Source: an uncultured Actinomycetota bacterium
Lineage (GTDB): Bacteria > Actinomycetota > Actinomycetes > Mycobacteriales > SCTD01
Length of the DNA: 64,000 bases
Direction: 5' to 3'
Assembly: GCA_963761695.1 (NCBI GenBank)
Contig: CAVXIB010000001.1
Coordinates: 200,057-264,056, forward strand
In this document: positions 38,268-48,462 of the stretch, piece after piece
Position numbering within the stretch: the first letter of the stretch is position 1
How the letters are laid out: every line of letters starts with the position of its first letter
The notes under the pieces: generated by a model
Databases searched by the model: none
The model's input: only the letters and a program-made list of their open reading frames with translations
Told to the model about the DNA's origin: nothing
Program-made: the position numbers and the translations under genes

Positions 38268-38825
38268 CTATCGCCGGTGCCCGTTCTGGCGCGGGCAGAT
38301 GTGGCCCTCGGGGTCCAGGGGCAGGGCGCAGAGCGGGCACGGCGGGCGCCCTGCCGCGACCACCCGCTGCGCACGCCTGACGAAGGCGCGGGCCTGCTCG
38401 GCCGTGAGCACGACGCGCAGCAGGTCGGGGCCCTCCGAGGCGCCGGACAGCGGCTCGACCTGGGCCTGCGCCTCGTCCTCGGGCTGGGCCAGCGCCTCGA
38501 TGACCACCCGCTCGGTGTCGCCGTCCCAGGCGAGCCCGAGGGCTCCGACCCGGAACTCCTCCTCGACCGGCGCGTCGAGCGGCGCGGTGTCCTCCAGCTC
38601 GCGTGGCACGACCACGGGCACGTCGGCGTCGGTGGTGCGGCGCACGGTCTCGAGCAGCTCCTCGAGCCGCTCGGCCAGGATCGACACCTGCGCCTTCTCC
38701 AGGGCGACCGAGGTGGTGCGCCCGCGGGCGCCGGCCTGCAGGTAGAAGGTCCGGTCGCCCGGCTGGCCGACCGTGCCGGCGACGAAGCGCTGCGGCGGGT
38801 CGTAGGCGAAGACCTGGCGGGGCAT
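38268..38825 (-). CDS. DUF3090-family protein
   Basis: RFVAGTVGQPGDRTFYLQA, LEKAQV, AGRPPCPLC..PLDPEGHICPRQNG. Confidence 0.92.
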   Translation of the reverse strand: MPRQVFAYDPPQRFVAGTVGQPGDRTFYLQAGARGRTTSVALEKAQVSILAERLEELLETVRRTTDADVPVVVPRELEDTAPLDAPVEEEFRVGALGLAWDGDTERVVIEALAQPEDEAQAQVEPLSGASEGPDLLRVVLTAEQARAFVRRAQRVVAAGRPPCPLCALPLDPEGHICPRQNGHRR

Positions 38826-38834
38826 CCGTCGAGC

Positions 38835-39533
38835 CTATGCCGGGAGGCCGGTGCCGCCGCCGACGACCGCGTCCGAGGCGCCCTTGCGGCTGCGGCCCTT
38901 CTTCTTCGGCGGGAGCAGGTCGAGCACCCCGCCGCCCGTGTCGTTGGTCCGGACCACGAACGGCCGCTGCTCGGTGTAGCGGATCACCGTCACCGAGCAC
39001 GGGTCGGCCTGGATCCGCTGGAAGCTGTCCAGGTGCAGGCCGAGGGCGTCGGCGACGATGGCCTTGATGACGTCGCCGTGCGAGCACGCCAGCCAGGTCG
39101 CGTCCGGGCCGAGCCGTGCGTTCCAGTCGCGCACGGCCGCGACCGCCCGGTTCTGGGTCTCCCGCAGCGGCTCGCCCTCCGGGCCGGGGAACACGACGGC
39201 CGAGGGGTGGTTCTGCACGACCTTCCACAGCGGCTCCTTGGCCAGCTCCTTGAGCGGACGGCCGGTCCAGTCGCCGTAGCGGCACTCCCCGAGGCGGTCG
39301 TCGACCTGGAGCTCGACACCCTCGCGGCCCTCGAGGACGTACCCGGCGGTGTCCAGGCAGCGGTCCAGGGGGCTGCTCACCACGGCGTCGAACGGCACCG
39401 GGCGCAGCCGCTCCGCGACCGCCAGTGCCTGCTTCACCCCCCGGTCGTCGAGGTGCAGGCCGGGGGTCCAGCCGGCCAGCACCGGGCCGGTCATGGCGGT
39501 GAGGCCGTGGCGGACGAGCACGAGGGTGGTCAC
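38835..39533 (-). CDS. Histidine phosphatase (MSMEG_4193-like)
   Basis: LVRHG, SSPLDRC, ECRYGDWTG, SHGDVIK. Confidence 0.92.
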   Translation of the reverse strand: MTTLVLVRHGLTAMTGPVLAGWTPGLHLDDRGVKQALAVAERLRPVPFDAVVSSPLDRCLDTAGYVLEGREGVELQVDDRLGECRYGDWTGRPLKELAKEPLWKVVQNHPSAVVFPGPEGEPLRETQNRAVAAVRDWNARLGPDATWLACSHGDVIKAIVADALGLHLDSFQRIQADPCSVTVIRYTEQRPFVVRTNDTGGGVLDLLPPKKKGRSRKGASDAVVGGGTGLPA

Positions 39534-39624
39534 GGCCGCACGCTATCGGTCCGGACCGGCCCCGGCCGACCGGCACAGCCGCCCCGGCGGCGACGGCGGC
39601 ACCCGGGTGGAGCACCATGGGGCT

Positions 39625-40233
39625 ATGACGATCATCACCGTGTCGGCCTCCTACGGCGCAGGCGGCAGCGTCGTGGCCCCCGAGGTGGCCCGTCGCCTGG
39701 GCGTGCCGTTCGTGGACCGGGCCATCAGCGCCGAGGTCGCCCGCGAGCTCGACCTCACCACGGAGGAGGCCGAGGCGGGGGTCGTGCACCGCACCTGGCT
39801 GGAGCGGATGACCTTCGCCATGAGCCCGCTCGCCGACGTCGGCGGGGGATTCCTGCCGCCCGAGCTGGAGGACGAGCAGTCGCTGCGCCGCGTCTCCGAG
39901 CGGGTCCTGCGCGAGGCGTCCCGCGACGGCGCCGTGATCCTCGGACGCGCGGCCACCTGGGCCCTGGCCGGCTCACCGGCCCTGCTGCGGGTGCGCCTGT
40001 ACGGCCCGGCGCAGGCCCGGGAGCACCAGGCCTGCCGCCTGGAGGGCATCGACCTCCCGACGGCGGGCGAGCGCCGCGAGTCGGTGGACCAGGCACGCGC
40101 CGACTACGTCCGCCGCCTGTACGGCCGGTCGGTCGACGAGCCGGACCGCTACGACCTGCAGGTCGACAGCACCCGGATGCCGCTCGACGCCGTCGCCGAC
40201 CTGGTGGTCCAGGCAGCCCGCACCGTCGCCTGA
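39625..40233 (+). CDS. Cytidylate kinase-like family protein
   Basis: ITVSASYGAGG..VA..VARRLG..FVD, AVILGR, YDLQVDS. Confidence 0.85.
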   Translation: MTIITVSASYGAGGSVVAPEVARRLGVPFVDRAISAEVARELDLTTEEAEAGVVHRTWLERMTFAMSPLADVGGGFLPPELEDEQSLRRVSERVLREASRDGAVILGRAATWALAGSPALLRVRLYGPAQAREHQACRLEGIDLPTAGERRESVDQARADYVRRLYGRSVDEPDRYDLQVDSTRMPLDAVADLVVQAARTVA

Positions 40234-40240
40234 CCCGGCG

Positions 40241-41062
40241 TCAGGTGACGGCCACGCCGATCAGGACGGCGAGTCCGAGCCCCACCCGGTAGGGCACGAA
40301 CGCCACGATCGAGTGGCGCGCGACGAAGCGCAGCAGCAGGGCGATCGTCGCGTAGGCGACCACGAACGCCACGGCGGTCCCGACCACGACGGGGACGAGC
40401 CCCACCGGACCGCCCAGGGCGTCCTTGAGCTCCAGCAGCCCGGCGGCGGTGAGCGCCGGGATGGCCAGGAAGAACGACAGCCGGGTGGCCGTCACCCGGT
40501 CGATGCCCCTCAGCAGGCCCGCGGAGATGGTCGCCCCGGAGCGGGAGACCCCCGGCACGAGGGCGATGCACTGCGCGGTGCCGATGACGAGGGCGTCGAC
40601 CACGGTCAGCTCGGCCTCCCCCCGGTCCTGGGTGGCGCGCCGCTCGGCGACCACGAGCACGACGCTCCAGGCGATGAGGGCGATCCCGACGGTCACCAGC
40701 GAGCGCAGGACCGGCCCCTTGACGACGTCGCGCAGCAGCAGTCCGACGACCCCGATGGGCACCGAGCCGACGAGGACCACCACGGCGGCCCGCCAGGCGT
40801 CGGTGTCACGGCCGGGGGCCGAGCGCAGGCCGGTGAGGAACCCACCGACGAAACGGGCGATGTCCCTGGCGAAGAACAGGAAGGTCGCCACGATGGCGCC
40901 GGTCTGGATGACCGCGGTGAAGGCCGTGACCGAGGGGTCGTCCACCTTCAGCCCCAGCAGCCCCTCGGCAATGGTCAGGTGTCCGGTGCTGCTGACGGGC
41001 AGGAACTCGGTGAGCCCCTCCACGACGCCCAGCACGACGGCATCGACGATTCCGAGGCTCAA
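40241..41062 (-). CDS. uppP: Undecaprenyl-diphosphate phosphatase
   Basis: EGLTEFLPVSSTGH, PGVSRSGAT, SFFLAIP. TTG start overlapping the upstream stop. Confidence 0.95.
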   Translation of the reverse strand: MSLGIVDAVVLGVVEGLTEFLPVSSTGHLTIAEGLLGLKVDDPSVTAFTAVIQTGAIVATFLFFARDIARFVGGFLTGLRSAPGRDTDAWRAAVVVLVGSVPIGVVGLLLRDVVKGPVLRSLVTVGIALIAWSVVLVVAERRATQDRGEAELTVVDALVIGTAQCIALVPGVSRSGATISAGLLRGIDRVTATRLSFFLAIPALTAAGLLELKDALGGPVGLVPVVVGTAVAFVVAYATIALLLRFVARHSIVAFVPYRVGLGLAVLIGVAVT

Positions 41063-41793
41063 CGCAGGTCCTTCCGATGACGCACCGCGACGACCGCGGC
41101 GAACGCCAGACGGTAGAGCGCCGGGCCCCGCAACCCGGACGGGGCGCGCCGGACCGCGAGCGCCGCCGCCACCGCGGCCGCGGGGACAGCGACGGCGAGA
41201 GGGCCGCGCAGGTCGTGCAGCGCACGGCGGTCGGCCCGCAGCAGCGCGTAGCCGGCGGCGCCCGCGGTGACCGGCAGCGACAGCACCAGGGAGAACCGGG
41301 CGGCCTCGGCCCTGCCCACCCGGGCAGCGCGCAGCGCCGTGGCGGAGGCGCCGGCGCGCGAGACCCCGGGCGCCAGCGCCGCGACCTGGGCGAGCCCTGC
41401 CAGCAGCCCCTCGCGCGCCCCCACCGGTCTGTCCTGCGGCCGGCGGTCGGCCAGCGCGAGCAGGGCGGCGGCGCCGGCCATCAGCGCCGAGGTCGGCAGC
41501 GGCCGCCCGAGCCGGGCTTCGACGGTGTCGTGCACGAGCAGTCCGGCCAGCGCGGCGGGCGCCGAGGCAGCGGTCGCCACGGCGAGGTCATGCACGGTGA
41601 GCTCGCGCCGCAGAGCCCAGAGCAGACCGGCGCACGAACCGGCGTGCAGCGCCGCGGCGAAGGCGGTCCGGTCGGCGGGGGGCTCCCAGCCGAGCAGCCC
41701 CGGCAGCAGCGCCAGGTGGGCCGACGAGCTGACCGGGACGACCTCGGTCACGCCCTGCACGACCCCCAGCACGGCGGCCTGCAGCGGCGTCAG
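41059..41793 (-). CDS. Second, shorter undecaprenyl-diphosphate phosphatase paralog (probable CTG start)
   Basis: QGVTEVVPVSSSAH, LHAGS, PGVSRAGAS, RFSLVLSLP. Confidence 0.85.
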   Translation of the reverse strand: MTPLQAAVLGVVQGVTEVVPVSSSAHLALLPGLLGWEPPADRTAFAAALHAGSCAGLLWALRRELTVHDLAVATAASAPAALAGLLVHDTVEARLGRPLPTSALMAGAAALLALADRRPQDRPVGAREGLLAGLAQVAALAPGVSRAGASATALRAARVGRAEAARFSLVLSLPVTAGAAGYALLRADRRALHDLRGPLAVAVPAAAVAAALAVRRAPSGLRGPALYRLAFAAVVAVRHRKDLR

Positions 41794-42839
41794 CCTCCGG
41801 CGCCCGACAGCTCGAGGGCCTCCAGGGCCGTCTTGAGGGTCGCCTTGCGCTCGTCCAGCGTGCCGACGAAGGGCGACACCGTGAGGGTGGTGACCCCGCT
41901 GGCCTGGAGCACCTTCATCTTCTCGGCGATGCGCTCCTTGCTGCCGAGCAGCGCGGTGGCGTCGAGGAACTCGAACGGCACCGCGGCGGCCGCCCCGTCG
42001 TAGTCCCGCGCCAGGTAGAGGTCCTGGATCTCCTTGGCGGCGTCCTCGAAGCCCATGCGCACGGCTAGCTGGTTGTAGAAGTTCTTCTCCCGGCTGCCCA
42101 TGCCGCCGATGTAGAGCGCGGCGTACCAGCGGATCGGGTCGGCGCAGGCCCGGGGGTCCTCGCCCACCACGATCGGCACGGTCGGCACGACGTCGAAGCC
42201 GTCCATGGTCTTGCCGGCCCTGGCGCGGCCCGTGGCGATCGAGGCGAGCTGGTCGGCGGCGAAGTCGGGCGAGTAGAAGATGGCCAGCCAGCCGTCGAAC
42301 TTCTCCCCGGCGAGCTCGAGGTTCTTCGGGCCGACCGCGGCGAGGTAGGTCGGGATGTGCTCGCGCACGGGATGCACCGTGAGCTGGAGGGCCTTGCCGG
42401 GGCCGTCCGGCAGCGGAAGCACGTAGTGCTGGCCGTCGTACTTCACCTTCTGGCGCGACAGCGCCATGGTCACGATGTCGATGTACTCGCGGGTGCGTCC
42501 GAGCGGCTTGTCGAAGCGCACGCCGTGCCAGCCCTCGGACACCTGGGGACCGGACACGCCGAGGCCCAGGCGGAACCGGCCGCCGGACAGGGTGTCGAGC
42601 GTGGCCGCCGTCATGGCGGTGTTGGCCGGGGTGCGGCCCGGGATCTGGAAGATCGCCGAGCCGATGTCGATCTGGCGGGTCTGCGCGCCCACCCAGGCCA
42701 GCACGGTCGGCGCGTCCGAGCCGTAGGCCTCGGCGACCCAGGCCACGGCGTAGCCGAGGTCGTCGGCCTCCTTGGCCAGCGCGAGGTTGTCGGCGTCGTT
42801 GCCGGCGCCCCAGTAACCCATGTTCAGCCCGAGCTTCAC
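41790..42839 (-). CDS. LLM-class F420-dependent oxidoreductase
   Basis: LGLNMGYWG, AEAYGSDA, SGGRFRLGLGVSGPQVSEGWHG, YIGGMG. Confidence 0.92.
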   Translation of the reverse strand: MKLGLNMGYWGAGNDADNLALAKEADDLGYAVAWVAEAYGSDAPTVLAWVGAQTRQIDIGSAIFQIPGRTPANTAMTAATLDTLSGGRFRLGLGVSGPQVSEGWHGVRFDKPLGRTREYIDIVTMALSRQKVKYDGQHYVLPLPDGPGKALQLTVHPVREHIPTYLAAVGPKNLELAGEKFDGWLAIFYSPDFAADQLASIATGRARAGKTMDGFDVVPTVPIVVGEDPRACADPIRWYAALYIGGMGSREKNFYNQLAVRMGFEDAAKEIQDLYLARDYDGAAAAVPFEFLDATALLGSKERIAEKMKVLQASGVTTLTVSPFVGTLDERKATLKTALEALELSGAGG

Positions 42840-42944
42840 AGCCACTCTCCCCGCATCCGTCGTCGACGACCGGAACCTAGCCTGACCGGTGGTGCCCGGC
42901 CCGGCGGGCGCGGCGCCGCGGAGGCGGGCGATACCGTCCGGAGT

Positions 42945-43955
42945 GTGAAGCAGCGACACCTCGGACGCAGCGGCCTGGTCGTCTCGCGGCTGGCCCTCGG
43001 CACGATGACCTGGGGCCGGGACACCGACGAGGACGACGCCGCCGCCCAGCTGCTCGCCTTCGTCGGGGCCGGCGGGACGCTCGTCGACACCGCCGACACC
43101 TACTGCGGGGGTGAGAGCGAACGGGTGCTCGGGCGGCTGCTGGCCGACGTCGTCCCCCGCGACGAGGTCCTGGTCGCCACGAAGGCCTACGGCGTCGTCG
43201 GCAAGGGTCCGATGGGCCGCGGCACGAGCCGGGGCCACCTGCTGTCGGCCCTCGACGCCAGCCTGGCCCGGCTGCAGCTGGACCACGTGGACCTCTGGCA
43301 GCTGCACGCCTGGGACCCGGTGACCCCCTGGGAGGAGGCCATGGCCGCCGTCGACACGGCGGTGCAGTCCGGACGGGTGCGCTACGCCGGCGTCAGCAAC
43401 TACTGCGGCTGGCAGCTCGGGGCGACGTCGTCGTGGCAGCGCGCGCTGCGCCAGGCCCCGCTGGTGAGCGACCAGGTCGAGTACTCGCTGCTCCAGCGCG
43501 GCGTCGAGCGCGAGGTGGTGCCCGCGGCCCTGGAGCTCGGCATCGGGCTGCTGCCCTGGTCCCCGCTCGGCCGCGGCGTGCTCACCGGCAAGTACCGCGG
43601 GGGCTCCCCCGCCGACAGCCGCGGCGCGTCCGAGCACTACAAGCGCTTCGTGGAGACCTACCTCGACGACGCCGCGACCTCCGTGGTCGACGCCGTCGTC
43701 ACGGCCGCCGACGGGCTCGGCACCTCCCCGGTCGCCGTCGCCCTGGCCTGGGTCCGGGACCGCCCCGGCGTCGTCGCGCCGGTGGTGGGAGCCCGCAGCG
43801 CCGCCCAGCTGCAGGGTTCGCTGGCCTCGGAGGACCTCGTGCTGCCGGAGGAGATCCGCAAGGCGCTCGACGACGTCTCGGCTCCGGGCTCGGGCTACCC
43901 CGAGCAGATGCCCCGCTGGTCCAGCCCCGACCTCGAGACCGCTCCCGGGACCTAG
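42945..43955 (+). CDS. Aldo/keto reductase
   Basis: LGRSGLVVSRLALGTMTWG, DTADTY, WSPLGRGVLTGKY. Confidence 0.93.
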   Translation: MKQRHLGRSGLVVSRLALGTMTWGRDTDEDDAAAQLLAFVGAGGTLVDTADTYCGGESERVLGRLLADVVPRDEVLVATKAYGVVGKGPMGRGTSRGHLLSALDASLARLQLDHVDLWQLHAWDPVTPWEEAMAAVDTAVQSGRVRYAGVSNYCGWQLGATSSWQRALRQAPLVSDQVEYSLLQRGVEREVVPAALELGIGLLPWSPLGRGVLTGKYRGGSPADSRGASEHYKRFVETYLDDAATSVVDAVVTAADGLGTSPVAVALAWVRDRPGVVAPVVGARSAAQLQGSLASEDLVLPEEIRKALDDVSAPGSGYPEQMPRWSSPDLETAPGT

Positions 43956-45833
43956 GTGCTCCTCCAGTCCTTCGCCGAGGCCCTGCTGTGGCCCGGGCTC
44001 GGCAGCACCCTGGCGGCGGCCCTGCCCGAGGCCGCCATCACCTCCCCCGACGACGTGACCGTGCGCCGGCTGCAGGCGCTGCCCGGCGTGTCGCCGATGC
44101 GGGCCGAGCGGCTGGTCGCCTCCTTCGGGGCGGCAGGCACGGTGTACGAGGTGGCCGGCCTGCTGGCCGACGCGGGCGTTCCCCTGGCCGCCGCCGCCGC
44201 CGTCGTGCGCGCCCACGGCCCGGAGAGCCCGGCGCTGCTGCGCGAGGACCCGTGGCGGTTGCTCGACGCGGCCGGCGTCACCCTTGCCCAGGCCGACACG
44301 CTGGCCCGCTCGCTGCTGCCCGGGGCCTCGCCCACCGACCCGCGCCGCGGCGCAGGGCTCGTCGGCTTCCTGCTGCAGCGTGCCGCCCGGGAGGGCTCCA
44401 CCTGCCTGCCCCTGCCCGAGCTCGCGCGCGCCCTCGGCGAGCACGGCTGGGCCGATCCCGAGTCGGCGCTGCGCGCGGCCGACGCCGGAGAGCGGGTCAC
44501 CGTGACCGACGACGGCGCGGCCGCCCTCGTGAGGTACGCCATCGCCGAGGACGCCGTCGCCGAGGGGCTGGCACGGTTGCTCGCGACGGCGGAGCCCCTG
44601 GCCGACCCGGCCGCGGTGGGCGCCGTCGGCCAGCAGCTCGACGCCGCGCAGCGCACCGCCGTCGCCGTGGCGATGACCTCCGGCGTCAGCGTGCTCACGG
44701 GCGGTCCGGGCACGGGCAAGAGCCGCACCGTGGCGGCCCTGGTGAAGCTGGCGCAGGCACGCGGCCGGACGGTGGCGCTCGCCGCGCCCACCGGTCGGGC
44801 CGCCAAGCGGCTCGAGGAGCTCTGCGGCGCCCCCGCCACGACGCTGCACCGCCTTCTGGGTGCGACCGCCGGGCCGGCCGGGGCGGGGGCCTGGCAGTTC
44901 ACCCGGGGCGAGGCCTGGCCGCTCGACGAGCAGGTGGTCGTCGTCGACGAGGCCTCCATGCTCGACACCGAGCTGGCCGCCGCGCTGGTCGAGGCGGTTC
45001 CCGACGGCGGTCACCTGCTGGTGGTGGGCGACCCCGCGCAGCTGCCGAGCATCGGTGCCGGTCGGGTGCTCGGCGACCTGGTCGACAGCGGGGCCGTCCC
45101 GGTGACCGAGCTGACCACGCTGTACCGCTCCGACGCCGGCGGCGGGATCGCCCGGCTGGCCACGGCCGTGCGCACCGGCGAGCTCCCCCCCGTCGACGAC
45201 CCCACCCGCGAGGTCGTCGTCGTGCGGGCGGGGTCGGCCCAGGAGGCGGCGCACCGGACCGTGCAGCTGGTCGGCGACGCCATCCCCCGGGTGCTCGGCA
45301 TCGCGGCCGACGAGGTGCAGGTGGTGACCCCCGTGCACCGCGGCCCGGCCGGCACCCAGGCGCTGAACGTCGCTCTCAAGGAGCGGCTGAACCCCGGTCC
45401 CGGTCAGGTCGGCGGGTTCGACGTCGGCGACCGGGTGGTGGCCACCGCCAACCACCTCGACGACGGCTGGGCCAACGGCGACCTCGGCCGGGTCACGGCC
45501 GTCAAGGAGCGCGGTCTCGTCGTGACCTTCGCCGGAACCGGACCGGTCGACGTGGGGGCGGCCTCGCTCGGCGATCTGCGGCACGGCTGGGCCATCACGG
45601 TGCACCGTGCCCAGGGGTCGGAGTTCCCCGCGGTGGTCGCGGTCCTGCCGGCCGAGGCGGGCGGCCTGCTGTCGCGGCCGCTCGTGTACACGGCGTTCAC
45701 GCGGGCCCAGCGACACCTCTCGGTGGTCACGTCGGCCGGGCCGGCGGTGGCCCGGGCCGTCCGCGAGGTCGGTGCCCAGCCCCGCCGGACCCGGCTGGCG
45801 CTCCTGCTGCGCGAGGCCGTCGACCAGCTGTGA
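43956..45833 (+). CDS. RecD2-like SF1B DNA helicase with HhH region
   Basis: GGPGTGKS, APTGRAAKRL, VDEASM, GDPAQLPSIG, NGDLG, AITVHRAQGSEF, YTAFTRA. Confidence 0.9.
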   Translation: MLLQSFAEALLWPGLGSTLAAALPEAAITSPDDVTVRRLQALPGVSPMRAERLVASFGAAGTVYEVAGLLADAGVPLAAAAAVVRAHGPESPALLREDPWRLLDAAGVTLAQADTLARSLLPGASPTDPRRGAGLVGFLLQRAAREGSTCLPLPELARALGEHGWADPESALRAADAGERVTVTDDGAAALVRYAIAEDAVAEGLARLLATAEPLADPAAVGAVGQQLDAAQRTAVAVAMTSGVSVLTGGPGTGKSRTVAALVKLAQARGRTVALAAPTGRAAKRLEELCGAPATTLHRLLGATAGPAGAGAWQFTRGEAWPLDEQVVVVDEASMLDTELAAALVEAVPDGGHLLVVGDPAQLPSIGAGRVLGDLVDSGAVPVTELTTLYRSDAGGGIARLATAVRTGELPPVDDPTREVVVVRAGSAQEAAHRTVQLVGDAIPRVLGIAADEVQVVTPVHRGPAGTQALNVALKERLNPGPGQVGGFDVGDRVVATANHLDDGWANGDLGRVTAVKERGLVVTFAGTGPVDVGAASLGDLRHGWAITVHRAQGSEFPAVVAVLPAEAGGLLSRPLVYTAFTRAQRHLSVVTSAGPAVARAVREVGAQPRRTRLALLLREAVDQL

Positions 45834-46894
45834 CGGCGACCGAGCGCGAGCCCTGGCCGGACGCCGCCAAGGGGGTGCTGATCGTCCTGGTCGTGCTGTG
45901 GCACACGACCCGCAAGCACTACCGGCACCTGCCGTGGGTGCCCGATCAGGCCCTGGCCGGCTGGCAGGTCGTCAACGCCCTGCTGCAGCCCGTGCGCGTG
46001 CCCCTGTTCTTCCTCGTCTCGGGCTACCTCGCGGCCCGGGCGGTCCGCCGGCCCTGGGGGGTCCTGCTCCGTACCAGGGTGCGTCGCGACTACTGGCTGC
46101 ACCTGGTGTGGTTCCTGATCGCCTCGGCCTTCTTCGGCCTGGTGCCCGGCCTGACCACGAGCACGGCGCACTCCGGCCGCGAGGTGGCCCTCGGCGTCGT
46201 CGTGGGGTACAGCAACACCTGGTACCTCTACGCGCTCGCGGCCTACGCCGTCGTCGCCAAGCTCTGCCTGCGGCTGCCCGTTGCGGTCTCCTTCGGGGTG
46301 GGGGTCGCCCTCGCGCTGCTGGCCGAGGTCGAGGCCGTCCCGAGCCTCGGCAACACCGAGTCGCTGCTGGCCGGGCTCCTGCCGTTCCTGGTGGGCTGCC
46401 TGCTCCCGGAACGGATCGCCGCGGTGGTGGCCCGGGCCACGTGGCGGCGCACCCTGCTGGCCGCCGCCGCCTTCCTGCCGCTGGTCGGCGTGGCCGGAGC
46501 GCTCGGGATCCGGCGCGAGGTGGTCGCCACCGTCGTGCTGGCCGCGGCGGGGAGCGCCGCCGGTCTCCTGCTCGCCGCCCGCGCCACCCGGGCCTTTCCG
46601 GCAGCAGCCCTGTCGCTGGGCCGGCTGGGCCGGCTGACGCTGCCCGTCTACGTGCTGCACCTGCCGCTGCTGGCGCTGCTGCACCGGGTCGTCTCGCCGG
46701 TGGCGCTCGACCCCGGAGGCGTCACGAACACCCTGGCCGTGCTGTACCCCGCCGCTGCCGTGGCGCTGCTGGTCGCCTCCAGCCTCGTGCTGCACCGGAC
46801 CCTTGTCCGGCTGGGGCTCGGCGTCCTGTTCCGGCTGCCCACCGGCGGGCGCTCCCCCGCTAGCCTGCCCGCCATGACGAGGACGCGCGCGTGA
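45830..46894 (+). CDS. Acyltransferase-3 family membrane O-acyltransferase
   Basis: [35 protein letters not shown]. Confidence 0.88.
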   Translation: MTATEREPWPDAAKGVLIVLVVLWHTTRKHYRHLPWVPDQALAGWQVVNALLQPVRVPLFFLVSGYLAARAVRRPWGVLLRTRVRRDYWLHLVWFLIASAFFGLVPGLTTSTAHSGREVALGVVVGYSNTWYLYALAAYAVVAKLCLRLPVAVSFGVGVALALLAEVEAVPSLGNTESLLAGLLPFLVGCLLPERIAAVVARATWRRTLLAAAAFLPLVGVAGALGIRREVVATVVLAAAGSAAGLLLAARATRAFPAAALSLGRLGRLTLPVYVLHLPLLALLHRVVSPVALDPGGVTNTLAVLYPAAAVALLVASSLVLHRTLVRLGLGVLFRLPTGGRSPASLPAMTRTRA

Positions 46895-47757
46895 AGGGCA
46901 TCGTGCTGGCCGGCGGCTCGGGCACCCGGCTGTACCCGCTGACCCAGGGCGTGAGCAAGCAGCTGCTGCCGGTCTACGACAAGCCGATGATCCACTACCC
47001 GCTGTCGACCCTGATGCTGGCCGGCATCCAGGACATCCTCATCATCACCACGCCGCACGACCAGGAGCAGTTCGTCCGGCTGCTCGGCGACGGGTCGCAG
47101 TTCGGCTGCTCGTTCTCCTACACGGTCCAGCCCGAGCCGAACGGCCTGGCCGAGGCCTTCCTGCTCGGTCGTGACTTCGTCGGGACCGACCGCGTCAGCC
47201 TCGTCCTCGGCGACAACATCTTCTACGGCCACGAGTTCGGCCGGCAGCTCAAGCAGTACCGCGAGGTCGACGGCGGCGCGGTCTTCGCCTACCACGTCGC
47301 CGATCCCGAGCGGTACGGCGTCGTCGAGTTCGACGAGCAGTTCCGGGCCGTGTCGGTGGAGGAGAAGCCGGAGAAGCCGCGGTCGAGCTACGCGGTGGTG
47401 GGGCTCTACTTCTACGACAACGACGTCCTGGACATCGCGGCCTCGATCGAGCCCAGCGCCCGGGGCGAGCTCGAGATCACCACCGTCAACAACGTCTACC
47501 TCGCCCAGGACCGGCTCCAGGTGGCCGTGATGGACCGCGGCACCGCCTGGCTCGACACCGGCACGTTCGCCTCGCTCATGCAGGCCGGCCAGTTCGTCCA
47601 GGTGATCGAGGAGCGACAGGCGCTGAAGATCGGCTGCCTGGAGGAGATCGCCTGGCGCGAGGGCTGGATCGACGACGAGGGCCTGGAGCGCCTCGCGGCG
47701 CCGCTGCACAAGAGCGGCTACGGCCTCTACCTGTCCGGCCTGCTCGAGCGTCGCTAG
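46891..47757 (+). CDS. rfbA: Glucose-1-phosphate thymidylyltransferase
   Basis: [45 protein letters not shown]. Confidence 0.96.
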   Translation: MKGIVLAGGSGTRLYPLTQGVSKQLLPVYDKPMIHYPLSTLMLAGIQDILIITTPHDQEQFVRLLGDGSQFGCSFSYTVQPEPNGLAEAFLLGRDFVGTDRVSLVLGDNIFYGHEFGRQLKQYREVDGGAVFAYHVADPERYGVVEFDEQFRAVSVEEKPEKPRSSYAVVGLYFYDNDVLDIAASIEPSARGELEITTVNNVYLAQDRLQVAVMDRGTAWLDTGTFASLMQAGQFVQVIEERQALKIGCLEEIAWREGWIDDEGLERLAAPLHKSGYGLYLSGLLERR

Positions 47758-47778
47758 GACCTGCGGCCGACAACCGTC

Positions 47779-48222
47779 GTGAACCTGCCGTCGGAGCGGG
47801 CCGCCGCCCGGGTCGCCGGTGGCGGTGCCCTGCGTGGTCTGGCCGCGGGAGCCGGCTACGCGGTGCTGCTCAGCCTGGTCCTCGCCGTCGAGGACCGGGT
47901 CGCGGGGGTGCCCGACGCGGTCCCGGGCGGGCTGGCCGTCCTGCTCATCGCCCTGGTGGTCGCCGCACCCGTCGGCGCGCTGGCAGGGGCACTGCTCGGT
48001 CTGGTGCTGTGGCCACTTGCCCGCGCGGTCGCCCCGGCGGCGGCCGCTGCTGTCGCCGCCCTCCTGGTCGGCGGGCTGGGGCTGCTGGCGTTCCCGCAGG
48101 CGGTGATCGGGGGGAGTCGCCTCGAGGTCGGCGAGGTCCTCACGCTGCGGCTGCTCCCGGCGGCGCTGGCGGCCCTCGCAGCTGCCCGGCACGCGTGGGT
48201 GACCGCTCAGGACGCTCGGTAG
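47779..48222 (+). CDS. Hypothetical membrane protein (about 4 TM)
   Basis: Hydrophobic ORF filling the gap between rfbA and DUF5703. Confidence 0.55.
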   Translation: MNLPSERAAARVAGGGALRGLAAGAGYAVLLSLVLAVEDRVAGVPDAVPGGLAVLLIALVVAAPVGALAGALLGLVLWPLARAVAPAAAAAVAALLVGGLGLLAFPQAVIGGSRLEVGEVLTLRLLPAALAALAAARHAWVTAQDAR

Positions 48223-48267
48223 TTCACCACCACCGGACCGGCGTCGCGGCGTGGTTATCGTGGCGGC

Positions 48268-48462
48268 ATGGCCGAGTACGAGTACCGGCGGGTGCCCATC
48301 CCCGCGGACGCCGACCGCCAGAAGACCAAGGAGCTGCTCGTGCTCCACGCCGAGTTCGGCGACTGGGAGCTCGCCCGGCACCGGATCTGGGCCGGCGGCC
48401 GCCGCGAGATCACGGTGCGGCGCCGGGTGCGCGCCGAGCCGATGCCGCCCCTGATGACCTGA
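48268..48462 (+). CDS. DUF5703-family small protein
   Basis: EYEYRR, AEFGDWELAR, GGRR..VRRR. Confidence 0.85.
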   Translation: MAEYEYRRVPIPADADRQKTKELLVLHAEFGDWELARHRIWAGGRREITVRRRVRAEPMPPLMT

